Part shown: one piece after another, positions 36,980 to 49,157 of the stretch
How the letters are laid out: every line of letters starts with the position of its first letter
Position numbering within the stretch: position 1 is the stretch's first letter
Source: an uncultured Chloroflexia bacterium
GTDB lineage: Bacteria > Chloroflexota > Limnocylindria > QHBO01
Assembly (NCBI GenBank): GCA_963827475.1
Contig: CAWHAZ010000007.1
Location: 1-64,000, forward strand
Direction of reading: 5' to 3'
DNA: 64,000 bases
The notes under the pieces: model-generated
Told to the model about the DNA's origin: nothing
The model's input: only the letters and a program-made list of their open reading frames with translations
Database searches by the model: none
Program-made: the position numbers and the translations under genes

Positions 36980-38496
36980 ATGAGCATGCCCACACCCTCA
37001 GCTTTCGACGGCAAACCGATCCGCGTCCGGATGGCGCCCAGCCCAACCGGGCCGCTGCATATCGGTACCGCGCGAACGAGCCTGTACAACTACCTGTTCG
37101 CGCGGCACGTCGGCGGCACCTACGTCCTGCGCATCGAGGACACCGATCTCGCCCGCAGCACGTCCGACTTCGAGCGCGACATCCTGGACAACCTCCACTG
37201 GCTGGGAATCACCTGGGACGAGGGGCCGCAGCACGCCGGTGTGGACGCCGGCGGGGAGGACATCGGTCCGTTCGGGCCCTACCGCCAGAGCCTGCGGATG
37301 GACCGATACGCCCGCGAGGCGGATCGGCTCCTCCAGAGCGGCGCCGCGTACCACTGCTGGTGCACGACCGAGGAGCTCGACGCCGTCCGCCGCGAGCAGG
37401 AGGCAAGGAAGGAAGCACCCCGCTACAACGGTCGCTGCCTGAACCTGACCGATGCCGATCGGGCGCAGTTCGAGGCCGAGGGGCGCCGGCCGGCGGTTCG
37501 CTTCCGGGTCCCGCCGGACACGATCCGCTTCGACGACCTCATCCGAGGCGAGGTGGAGTTCGACAACAGCCTGCTCGGCGACTTCGTGATCGTGCGTGCC
37601 GATGGGGTCCCGCTCTACCACTTCGTGGTCGTCATCGACGACGAGCAGATGGAGATCAGCCACGTCGTCCGGGGCGAGGACCACCTGTCCAACACGCCCA
37701 AGCACATCGCCCTGATCCGGGCGCTGGGCTATCGCGAGCCGGTGTTCGGGCACATCCCGCTCATCCTCAACCCGGATCGGTCGAAGATGAGCAAGCGCAA
37801 GTCGCAGACCGCGATCAGCGACTACCGCGCCCAGGGCTACCTGCCCGAGGCGATGGTCAACTTCCTCGCGTTCCTGGGCTGGTCCCCGGGACCGAGGAGG
37901 AGCTGTTCTCCCTGGACGAGCTGGCGGAGCGGTTCGAGATCGGGGAGGTCCACAAGGCTGGCGCCGTGTTCGACCGCGACCGGCTCGATTACCTGAACGG
38001 CGTCTACATCCGCCGACTGACCGATGCGGAGCTGGCGCTCCGGCTTCGGCCGTTCCTGCCGGATGCCCTCGACGATCCAACGCTCGCCGGGCTCGTACCG
38101 TTGGTGAAGGAGCGCATGGTGCGCCTGACCGATGCGGTCGACCTGTCGGGCTTTCTGTCGGAGCTCGACGACGTCGTCGCCAGCTGGTGGAGCGTGGAAG
38201 ACCTGCTCCCCAAGGGCCGCAACGTGACGGAGGTCTCCGGAGCGCTGGGCGTGGCCCGCGATGCGCTGGCTGAGTGCCCAGATTGGTCTGCCGAGGACCT
38301 GGAGACCGCGGCGCGGGCCGCCGCAGACGCGCTGGAGTGGAAGGCGGGCGACTTCTTCCGCCCGATTCGGATCGCGGTGACGGGGAAGGCCGTTTCGCCG
38401 CCGCTCTTCGGCTCCATGGTCCTCCTCGGCCGCGACCTTTCCCTCGCCCGGCTGGATGGAGCGCTGGAGCGGCTCCGGGCAGGAGCGCCGGCATGA
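36980..38496 (+). CDS. gltX: Glutamate--tRNA ligase (frameshift ~37888)
   Basis: APSPTGPLHIG, RIEDTD, RGEDH, KMSKR, SPPLF. Confidence 0.96.
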
Positions 38497-41400
38497 CCGA
38501 GACCGCGACGTCCCTCACCTGTCCGGCGTGCGGGGCCTCGAACCAGCCCGGGTCGCGGTTCTGCTCGTCCTGCGCAACGCCGATGGGAGCGGCGGCCGAG
38601 CCGGCGGCCGAGACCCGGAAGACGGTCACCGTCCTCTTCTGCGACGCCACGTCGTCGACCGCCCTCGGGGAACGGCTCGATCCGGAGTCCCTGCGCTCGG
38701 TCATGACCCGCTACTTCGACGTCATGCGCGAGGTCGATCGAGTTCCACGGTGGCGTGGTCGAGAAGTTCATCGGTGACGCGGTCATGGCCGTCTTCGGCG
38801 TGCCCACCGTCCACGAGGACGATGCGCTCCGGGCGTGCCGGGCCGCGATCGAGATCCACGACCGCCTGGGCGAGCTGGACGAGGCCATCCGGTCCGAACG
38901 CGGCGCCAGCGTGGAGTGGCGAATGGGGATTAACACCGGCGAAGTTGTCACCGGCGACGCCGTGAGCGGTCAGCGGATCGTCACCGGCGATGCGGTGAAC
39001 GTGGCGGCTCGCCTGGAGAGCGCGGCTGCTCCAGGCGAGATCCTTCTCGGTCCCGATACCTACGCCCTGGTCCGCGACGACGTCACCGCCGAGGCGGTGG
39101 AGGCGCTCTCGCTGAAGGGCAAGGCGGAGCCGGTGCCGGCCTGGCGGCTGACGGCGGTGATTGGCGCCGTCGGCCGTCGAGCACGCCCGCTGGAGGCTCC
39201 ACTTGTGGGCCGCCGCCGGCCGCTGCGCCTGCTCGACGATGCGTTCCGCGAGGCGGTCGAGGAACGGGTGTGCCACCTGTTCACGATTCTTGGCGTCGCC
39301 GGTGTGGGCAAGTCGCGGCTGGTCGACGAATTCGTGGCCTCGCTCGGCGATCAGGCCCAGGTGGCGATGGGTCGATGCCTGGCGTACGGACACGGCATCA
39401 CCTACTGGCCCGTGGCGGAGGCGATCCGACATGGCGCCGGAATTGCCGAGCGTGACGCGCCGGGAGCGACCGTGGCTCGGCTCCAGGAGGTGTTGGGCGA
39501 GGAGCCGGAAGCCGAGCGGATCGCAGTCATCGTGGGTGGTCTACTCGGGATCGAGGACAGCCCGCCGGCACCGGACGAGATGTTCTGGGCCATCCGGAAG
39601 ACCTTCGAGGCCCTGGCCCGCAGCCGACCCCTGATCCTCGTCTTCGACGACGTGCATTGGGGCGAGCCCACCTTCCTCGACCTGGTCGACCACATCGCCG
39701 AGTGGACGCGCGACGCCCCGATCCTCCTCATCGCCATGGCGCGCGCCGAGCTCCTCGAGAAGCGGCCGACGTGGGGTGGCGGCAAGCGCTGGGTGACGAC
39801 CATGTCGCTGGAACCGCTCTCCGACGTCGAGAGCGACGAGCTGGTCGCCAGCCTGCTGGGGCGCGCCGAGCTGCCGACCGAGCTGCGCTCCCAGATCAGC
39901 CACGCCGCGGAGGGGAATCCGCTCTTCGTGGAGGAGCTGCTCGGCAAGCTCATCGACGACGGTTTCCTCGTGACCTCCGGCGGCGGTTGGTCCGCGACCG
40001 GAGACCTGGCCGAACTGACTATCCCGCCCAGCATCAACGCCCTGCTCGCCGCTCGGCTGGACGGGCTCAACGGCGAAGAGCGGACGGTCATCGAGCGAGC
40101 ATCGGTGGAGGGCAAGATCTTCCACCGGGGTGCTGTCACCGAGCTGGCACCCGAACCGATGCGAGGGCAGGTCCGCGACCGGCTGGCCAGCCTGATGCGG
40201 ATGGAGCTGGTCCGTCCCGACCAGGCCTCGTTCGCGGGCGAGGAGGCCTATCGGTTCCGCCATCTGCTGATCCGCGACGCGGCCTACCAGGCGCTCGCCA
40301 AGCAGACGCGCTCTGAGCTGCACGAGCGGTTTGCCGGCTGGCTGGAGCGCGTGGCGGCCGACCGATTGGCCGAGTACGAGGAGATCGTCGCCTACCACCT
40401 CGAGCAGGCATACCGATATCGAATCGAGCTGGGTCCGCCTGACGCCCACGCCCAGGAACTCGCCCTGCGGGCCGGGACGCTGCTCGCCGACGCCGGCGAG
40501 CGGGCCAACACGCGCGCGGACGTGTCGGCGACTGTCGACCTGCTGGGTCGCGCGGTCGAACTGCTGCCCGAGGACCTCCCCCGACGGCGACGGCTTCTCT
40601 ACCCGCTCGGCATGCGGCTGCTACGACGCTGGCGATGGGCCGCGAGCCGAACGCATCCTGACCGATGCGATCGCGGAGGGCGATCGCGCCGGCGATGAAG
40701 CGGGGAGTGCGCTGGCCGCGCTCGGCTTGGCGATGGTTCGCATGTCGACGCATGCGACCGAGATGTCGGAGACGATCCGCGAAATCGAACGCGCTGGCGG
40801 GCATCCTGGAACGCGTCGGTGATGACGACGGAGCGCGCCTCGCGCGGGCCTCGATGGCCTGTTCAGCCTGTTCGCCATGGGCCGGGCGGGCGAGGCGATG
40901 CGCCGGGCACAGGCCCTCCTCGATCTCGGCGAAGGTGACGCGGAATGGGTCGCGTTGGGCGCAGAATGCGCGAGGAGGGTATCCCTGGTCTGGGGCCCAC
41001 CCCCGCGGCCGAAGCAATCGCCGAGCTTCAGCTCGCAGATGGACCGCGCCGATGGATCCGTTCGCGTTAGGCGCCAACCGCGGCCTCGGCTCGCCTGCAT
41101 CTGCTTCAGGGACGGTTCGATGAGGCCCGAAGACTGAACGCGATCGCTCGCGACGCTTTCGAGGAGCTCGGGGATCGGCATGAGCTTGCCTCGTGCCTTT
41201 GGCGTCGGAAGGCCAGATCGAGCACGCGGCTGGCAACCTCGCCGAGGCCGCTCGCCTGCTCCGGCAGGCATATGAGACCATGGCCGCCACCGGGGACCAG
41301 ACGTTCGCATCGACGCTTCGCCGTGGAGCTCGGCGAGGTCCTCGTCGACCTCGCCGAATACGACGAGGCCTGGCGCTTCGGGACGATCGCCCGCGAAACC

Positions 41401-41711
41401 TCGTCGACCGATGACGTGACCTCACAGGCGGGCGGGCGGGCGGTGCAGGCGCGGGTGCTGTCTGCGCGCGGTGACCATGCAGGCTGCGGAGGTGCTCGCC
41501 CGCGAAGCGGTGGCCATCATGGCCGCAGACCGACTACCTCGCCCAGCACGGCGATGTCCTGGTCCACCTTGGCGCGCGTTCTCCAGCGAAGCCGGGAAAG
41601 ACGGACGAGGCGGTGACCGCCGCCGCGAGGCCGTGGCGCTGTACGAGCAGAAAGGGGCGAGCCTTCTTCGTCGAGCGCACGCAGCGCCTGATCGACGAGT
41701 GGGCGAGCTGA
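38493..41711 (+). CDS. Zinc ribbon-class III cyclase-AAA/STAND ATPase-TPR-like protein, copy 1 (frameshifted)
   Basis: CPAC...CSSC; TVLFCD, EKFIGDA, GINTG, GDAVNVAARL; GVAGVGKS, VFDDVHW, EGNPLF, FRHLLIRDAAY; helical repeat tail. Confidence 0.9.
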
Positions 41712-41726
41712 TGGACTGACGGCGGC

Positions 41727-44700
41727 GTGACCGAGACGCCGGCAACCATCGTCTGCCCTTCCTGCGGGACGCAGAACCCCGCCGGGTCGCGGTTCTGCAA
41801 CTCCTGCGGCACCACGCTCGAGGCGCCCGCTTCGGCGGCGGCGGAAACGCGGAAGACGGTCACCGTCCTGTTCATCGACGCCACCTCGTCGACCGCGCTC
41901 GGGGAGCGGCTCGACCCCGAGTCCCTTCGGGCGGTGATGACCCGCTACTTCGACGTCATGCGCGAGGTCATCGAGTTCCATGGCGGATCGGTCGAGAAGT
42001 TCATCGGTGACGCGGTCATGGCCGTGTTCGGCGTGCCCACCGTCCACGAGGACGACGCGCTGCGCGCGTGCCGGGCCGCGATCGAGATCCACGAGCGGCT
42101 GGGGGAGCTGGACGCGGCGATTCGGTCGGAGCGTGGCGCCAGCGTGGAGTGGCGCATCGGGATCAACACCGGTGAGGTGGTGGCCGGGGATCCGACCGCC
42201 GGCCAGCGGATCGTGACCGGCGACGCCGTGAACGTCGCCGCTCGGCTGGAGGCCGCCGCCGCGCCAGGGGAGATCCTGCTCGGCGCCGAAACCCACGCCC
42301 TCGTCCGCGAGGACGTGACCGCAGACCCGGTGGAGGCGCTGGCCCTGAAGGGGAAAGCCGAGCCCGTTCCTGCCTGGCGCCTGACCGCGGTCAGCGGCGC
42401 GGTCGGTCGGCGCGTCCGACCGCTGGAGGCGCCGCTCGTCGGTCGGCGCCGGCCGTTGCGGCTCCTGGACGAGGCGTACCAGGAGGCGGTCGAGGAGCGG
42501 ATCTGCCACCTGTTCACCATCATCGGCGTGGCCGGGGTCGGAAAGTCGCGGCTGGTGGACGAGTTCGTCGGCATCCCTGGGCGATCAGGCGCAGGTCGAC
42601 GACCGGTCGCTGTCTTGCCTACGGGCACGGGATCACCTACTGGCCGATCGCCGAGGCGATCCGCCACGGGGCCGGCATCGGCGAGGACGACCCTGCCGAC
42701 CAGGCGCGGGCGCGCCTGCGAGAAGTGCTCGTCGCCGAGCCCGAGGCGGACCGGGTCCTCGCCGTCATCGAGCACCTGCTCGGCGTCACCGAGTCCGTGC
42801 CGGCACCGGAGGAGATCTTCTGGGCCATCCGCCGCACCTTCGAGGCCATGGCTCGGCAGAAGCCACTGATCCTGGTCTTCGACGACCTGCACTGGGGCGA
42901 GCCCACGTTCCTCGACCTGGTCGATCACATTGCGGACTGGACGCGGGACGCACCGATCCTGCTGGTCGCCATGGCGCGCCCGGATCTGCTCGAGAAGCGC
43001 CCGGCCTGGGGCGGCGGGAAGAAGTGGGTCACCACCATCCAGCTGGAGGCGCTGTCGGAGGAGGAGAGCGAGGAGCTGGTCGGCGGTCTGCTCGGCCGCG
43101 CGGAGCTCCCGACCGAGGTCCGCGCCCAGATCAGCCGCGCCTCTGAGGGGAATCCACTGTTCGTGGAGGAGCTGCTCGGCAAGCTCATCGACGACGGCTT
43201 TCTCGTCCGCGAGGACGACACGTGGGCCGACGCTCGGGGACCCGAGCCAGCTCGCCGTCCCACCGACGATCCAGGCGCTGCTCGCCGCGCGGCTGGACGG
43301 GCTGGGCGCCGAAGAGCGGACCGTGATCGAGCGGGCGGCCGTGGAGGGCAAGACCTTCCACCGCGGGGCGGTGACCGAGCTTGCTCCCGAGCCGATGCGA
43401 TCTCACGTCCCCGACCGGCTGGCGAGCCTGATGCGGATGGAGCTGGTGCGGCCTGACCAGGCGTCGTTCGCCGGGGACGAGGCGTACCGGTTCCGCCATC
43501 TGCTCATCCGCGACGCCGCCTACCAGGCGCTGGCAAAGCAGACTCGCTCGGAGCTGCACGAGCGATTCGCCGCCTGGCTGGAGCGAGTCGCCGTGGATCG
43601 GCTGGCGGAGTACGAGGAGATCGTCGCCTATCACCTCGAGCAGGCCTACCGATACCGAGCCGAGCTGGGTCCGCCCGATGCGCACGCGCAAGAGCTCGCA
43701 GCGCGGGCCGGAAGCCTCCTGGCCCAGGCAGCCCACCGCGCCGACAGCCGGAAGGACATCGCCGCCGTCCTCGAGCTGCTCGAGCGGGCGATGGACCTCC
43801 TGCCCCACGAGAGCGCCGAACGGCGGCTGCTGGTGGCGCAGCTCGCGTTTTCGTACCTCGACGGCGGGGACGCGCCGAAGGGTGAGCGACTGTTGATGGA
43901 CGTCCTGGAGGAGTCGCGAGCGGCCAGAGACGACCGGGCCGCGGCCTGGGCGGAGCTGGGCCTGAACGTCGTCCGCGTCATCAACCCAGTCGACCGAGAT
44001 CGAGGAGCAGATTCGCGATGCCGAGCGGCTCCGCGCCGAGTTCGAGCGCCTTGGCGACGAGTCCGGCGCCGCACAGGCGGAGATCGTCCTGGCCTTCGCC
44101 CTGTTCACCATCGGTCGAGCAGCGGAGGGTGCCGCGAGAGCCCGGGCGATTCGCGACCGCGAGGGGATCCGGCCGTCATTGCGGGCCGAGGCAGCCAGGA
44201 CCGCGGGCGCCTCATCGGTGTGGGGACCGCTGCCGGCGGCGGAGGCGATCTCGATGATCGGCGATCAGCGCGAAATGCTCGCGCGTCTCGGGTGCGCGCC
44301 TTGGGCTGGGCCGCGTGCTCGCGATGGAGGGTCGTTTCGCCGAGGCGTTCGACATGGTCGCTACTGCACAGCAGGAGCGTCGCCGACCGGGGTGACCGAT
44401 TCTTGATGGCCGAAGCGGCCTCGATCGAGGGCCAGATCGCACTCATGTCCGGCGATGTCGCACGGGCCGTCTCCCAGCTGCAGGCTGGCTACGACGGAAA
44501 GATTGCGCTGGGCGACCGCGCTTTCGCGTCCACCAGCGCATATTCGCTGGGCCAGGCGCTACCTTGCCGCCGGGAACCTGGACGAGGCGATGCGCTACGC
44601 AACCATCGCTCTCGAGACATCGGCCACCGATGACATCGCTTCTCAGGCCGGCGGCCGGATGGTCAAGGCCCAGGTCCTCTCCCGCCGGGGGGATCATTCC

Positions 44701-44925
44701 GAAGCCGAGCGGCTGGCCGGCGAAGCCGTGGGCATCATGGCCGCGACCGACTACCTGTGGATCCATGGCCAGACTCTTCAGGCGCAGGCTGAAGTGCTCC
44801 ACGCGGCAGGAAAGGTCGATGAGGCCCGCACCGCGGCTGACGCAGCGATCGCGGTATTCGAGCGCAAGGGCGCAACGTTCAGCGTCGAAGAGACCCGTCG
44901 GATGATCGCGAGCTGGGACCGATGA
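41727..44925 (+). CDS. Zinc ribbon-class III cyclase-AAA/STAND ATPase-TPR-like protein, copy 2 (frameshifted)
   Basis: CPSC...CNSC; TVLFID, EKFIGDA, GDAVNVAARL; GVAGVGKS, VFDDLHW, EGNPLF. Confidence 0.9.
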
Positions 44926-47900
44926 CGGTCGTGCCGGGTCGAACGTGTGCCAGCTGCGGGACTGAGAACCCGGCGGAGGCCCGGTTCTGCTTCTCGTGCG
45001 GCTCTCCGCTCGAGGCGGCAGCCGCGTCCGACATCTGAGTCACGCAAGACGGTGACGGTCCTGTTCTGCGACCTCGTGGGTTCGACGGCGATGGGCGAGC
45101 AGCTGGATCCCGAGACCCTGCGGGGCCTGCTCAGCCGCTCGTTCGATCGTGTTCAGTCCATCGTCGAGGGGCACGGCGGCGTGGTCGAGAAGTTCATCGG
45201 CGACGCGGCCATGGCCGTCTTCGGCATCCCGCGCTTGCACGAGGATGACGCCCTGCGTGCGGTGCGCGCCGCGGCCGACATCCGCGCAGCCCTGGCGACA
45301 TGCTCCGGGCCGTCCATTGCGACGGCCGTGGCCTGGCGGACGGGGATCGCGACCGGCGAAGTGGTGGCCGGCGATGCGACCGGCGGCCAGCGGCTGGTCA
45401 CCGGTGACGCGGTGAACGTCGCCGCCCGGCTCCAGCAGTCGGCCCAGCCGGGCGAGATCTTGATTGCCGCCGAGACGCACCAGCTGGTCAGAGACGCGGT
45501 GCACGTGGAGCCGATGGGTGAGGTGGCGGTCAAGGGGCGGCAGGCACCGATCGAGACCTTCCGACTTCTGGATGTCGACCTATCCGCGGCGGGTCACGAA
45601 CGGCGGTTGGATTCACCGATGATCGGCCGCGAGCGCCCACGTCGGCAGCTGGACGAGGCCTTCGCCGAAGCCCGAGACGAACGGGTCTGCCACCTGTTCA
45701 CCATCCTGGGTGCGGCCGGGGTCGGGAAGTCGCGACTGGTCAACGAGTTCATCACCTCGATCGGTGACGAGGCATTGGTCGTCAGCGGACGATGCCTGTC
45801 CTACGGCGAGGGCATCACCTACTGGCCGATCGCGGAGATCGTGCGGCAGGCGACCGGCATCGGCCCGGGACTCGGGGACCAGGCCGCCGACGTGACCCGC
45901 GTGTCGGATCGGTTGCCGGAAACCGCCGATCGCGAACGGATCACCGAGCTGGTGAGCCAGGCCATCGGTCTGACCCGCGGCGAACCAGCGCCGGACGAGA
46001 CGCCGTGGGCGATCCGGTCATTCTTCGAGTCCCTTGCTGCCGAACGGCCGCTCGTCCTTGTCCTCGATGATTTGCAGTGGGCGCAGCCGCCACTCCTGGA
46101 CCTGGTCGAGCACATCGCCGATTGGTCGCACGACGCACCCATCCTCCTCATCGTGCTCGCTCGCCAGGAACTGCTCGAACTTCGCCCGGCGTGGGGAGGC
46201 GGCAAGCGGTCGGCCACGATCATCTCCCTCGAGCCGCTGAATGCCGACGAGACGGCGCAGCTGATCGACAACCTGCTGGGCCAGGCAGAGCTGCCCGAGA
46301 CGATCTTCGACCGGATCCGCACGGCGGCCGAGGGAAACCCGCTTTTCGTCGAGGAGCTCCTCGAGATGCTCATCGACGACGGTGCCCTAGCACGGACGAA
46401 TGGCAGCTGGACCGCAAGCCGTGACCTCGCCAGCCTTGCTGTTCCGCCGACGATCCAGGCGCTGCTGTCGGCCCGCCTCGACGGCCTGGCTGGCACCGAG
46501 CGCGCCATTCTCGAGCGAGGGTCGGTCGAGGGAACCGTCTTTCATCGCGACGCGGTCGCGGCACTGGCGCCCGACGGCCTGCGCGAGTCGCTCGGCCCAA
46601 GCCTCCAGACCCTGACCCGGCGGGAGTTCGTGGCCCCCGACCGGGCCGAGCTGACTGGGCGCGAAGCGTTCCGCTTCCGGCATCAGCTCATTCGGGATGC
46701 CGCCTACCAGGCCATCGCCAAGCAGAGCCGAGCCGAGCTCCATGAGCGTTTCGCGGACTGGCTCGAACCGGCGCTCGCGGGACGAATTGACGAGTACCGC
46801 CCGATCCTCGGCTACCACCTCGAACAGGCCGTGCGCTATCGAAGGGAGCTGTCCGGGGATGATCCTCGCTTGCCCGAGCTCGCCGGTCGGGCGGCGATGC
46901 ACCTCGGCGAGGCTGGAGCCGCCGCGCTGGACCGCGGAGATGCCACGGCCGCGTCGAATCTGCTGCAGCGAGCGGTTGAGGTGCTCGATACCAATGTCGC
47001 CTCGGCGCTGCCGTGGCGCCTCATGGCGGGTGAGGCGATGGTCACCGGGGCCAGCTCAGAGGAAGCCGACGCATTTCTCGAGAAGACACGGGCGGTGGCG
47101 GAGAAGGTCGGCGACCGGCGCTCCGCGGCCTTCTCCGAGGCGCTACGGCTCCACACTCGGGTTTCGATGGGTAAGGAGCCAGTCCAGGCGCTCGTCGCGG
47201 ACGCCGAACGACTGCGCCATGAGCTCCGCGCTGTCGGCGACCAGCCTGGTGCCGAGCGCGCCACCGCGGAGCTGGCCAAGCTCCGATTCTTCGCCGGGCA
47301 GGCCGCGAGCGGGCTCGAGCTGGCGCAGGAGTTGCTCCCCACGATTTCGTCACAAAGCAGGATGCGCGACGAGCTCTTGGGATGGCTTGCGGCCTTCGCG
47401 TACTGGGGTCCCATGCCGGTCCCGGAGGCCCTGGAACTCGTCGACGAGCTGGGCCCCCAGATTCGAGCGTCGCAATGGGCCGCGAATCGCATTTCGCGAG
47501 TCCGCGGCGCGCTCCTGGCCGAACAGGGACGGTTCGACGAGGCCCGTTCACAGCTGGAGTCAGCGAAGCACATCGCCGAAGAGCTCGGCGCTGGATACGT
47601 CATCTCGGCACTCCAGGGTCACTTCATGGGTCCGGTCGAGCTTCTTGCGGGCAACGCGGCGCGTGCCGTGGAGCTCGAGCTCGTCGCCTATGAATGGATG
47701 ACCAAGCATGGTTTCCTCGGGTTCGCCAACACGGTGGCCGCGCACCTCGCGCAAGCGACGCTCGCCCTGGACCGCGACGAGGAGGCCGAGCGATTGGGCG
47801 ACCGCCGCTCGAGAGCTTGCGACCGGGGACGACCCTGCCGCGATCGGACCTGCGCTGGGAGTTGCCGCCCGCGTGCGCGCGCGGCGAGGGGAGTTCGAGG

Positions 47901-48133
47901 AGGCCGAGCGCCTGGGAAGGGAGGCCGTGGCCTCGTTCGATGGGACCGACTTCCTCGACTGGATCGCTGACGCGCACGCGGACCTTGGCGATGTGCTCCA
48001 CCTCGCCGGCCGGGACGCCGAGGCGTCCGATGAAGCCCGTCGCGCCCTCGAGCTGTACGAGCAAAAGGGACACCTTGTGGGCGCCGACCGGATGCGCAAG
48101 CGCCTCGTCGAGCTCGGGGCAGCCTCCGCCTAG
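44922..48133 (+). CDS. Zinc ribbon-class III cyclase-AAA/STAND ATPase-TPR-like protein, copy 3 (frameshifted)
   Basis: CASC...CFSC; TVLFCD, EKFIGDA, GDAVNVAARL; GAAGVGKS, VLDDLQW, EGNPLF; ends ALELYEQKG. Confidence 0.9.
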
Positions 48134-49153
48134 GGGACGAGGACCAGCCTGCCCGCGAACCTTGCCGGCCGCCAGTCGGTCGTGGGCGGCCGCGGCCTCG
48201 GAGAGCGGCATGCGCTCCACCGACCAGTGCAAGGAGTGGCGCCGGGCAAGCTGGACGACGTCGCGCAGGTCGTCGTGCGAGCCCCAGGACGTCGTCGTCA
48301 GCGACGCCTCCGGCGGCAGCGCCTCGAACGAGAAACCGAGCTCACCGCCGGCCTCGCCGACGAGGGACACCAGGCCGCCGGGCGCCACGAAGCGGGCCGC
48401 CAGGGCCAACGTCTCGTCGGAACCGACGAAGTCGAACACCACGTCCGCATGCCCGCCCAGGCCGGTGAAGATCAGCTCCTCCTCGCCCGACAGGAACGCC
48501 ACGTCGGCGCCCAACTCCCCAGCCCGCTGGACCTTGTCCGGGTCGATCTCCCGCACGCCCACGAACACCTCCGGCAGCCGGCGCAGGTACTGGAGCGCGA
48601 ACTGACCGACGCCGCCAAGGCCGATGAGCAAGGCTCGTGAGCCCTCGGCCAGCCACGGCGCGGCGCGGCGGACGGCACGGAACGAGGTCACCCCCGCGTC
48701 CGCCAGCGGAGCGGCCTCGACCGGGTCGAGCTTGCCCAGCGAGACGAGGTGGCGGGGATGGGGCACGAGCAGGTACTCGGCGTATCCGCCGTCGACCTGG
48801 AACCCCGGCGCGCGACTGTTCTCGCAGCGTTGCTCCTCGCCGCGCCGGCACTCGGCGCATTCCCCGCACCCCCAGCCGCCGGCGACGACCACCGGCTCGT
48901 CCTCCTTCAGGCGCGCCTTGCGCAGGGAAGCGCCCGCATCGGCGCCCATACCCGCGATCCAGCCGGCGACCTCGTGGCCGAGGGTGACCGGTCGCTCGAC
49001 CCGGATCCGATCGGTCCGCGCGATATGGAGATCGGTATGGCACACCCCCGCCCCGGCGACCCGGACGAGGACCTCGGTCCCGCGAGGAGCGGGCACCGGG
49101 ACATCCTCCAGCCGCAGTGGCTCGCCGGCGGCATACGTCCGGACGGCCAGCAT
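48130..49153 (-). CDS. Zn-dependent alcohol dehydrogenase (frameshift ~48160)
   Basis: GVCHTDLH, GHE, CGECAEC...C, DAGVT, GLGGVG. Confidence 0.9.
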
Positions 49154-49157
49154 CGGT

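Noticed and set aside
38493-48133. Cyclase trio as a mobile island, prophage cargo or DGR target
   Set aside because: No integrase, transposase, reverse transcriptase, tRNA site or flanking direct repeats are visible in the window.
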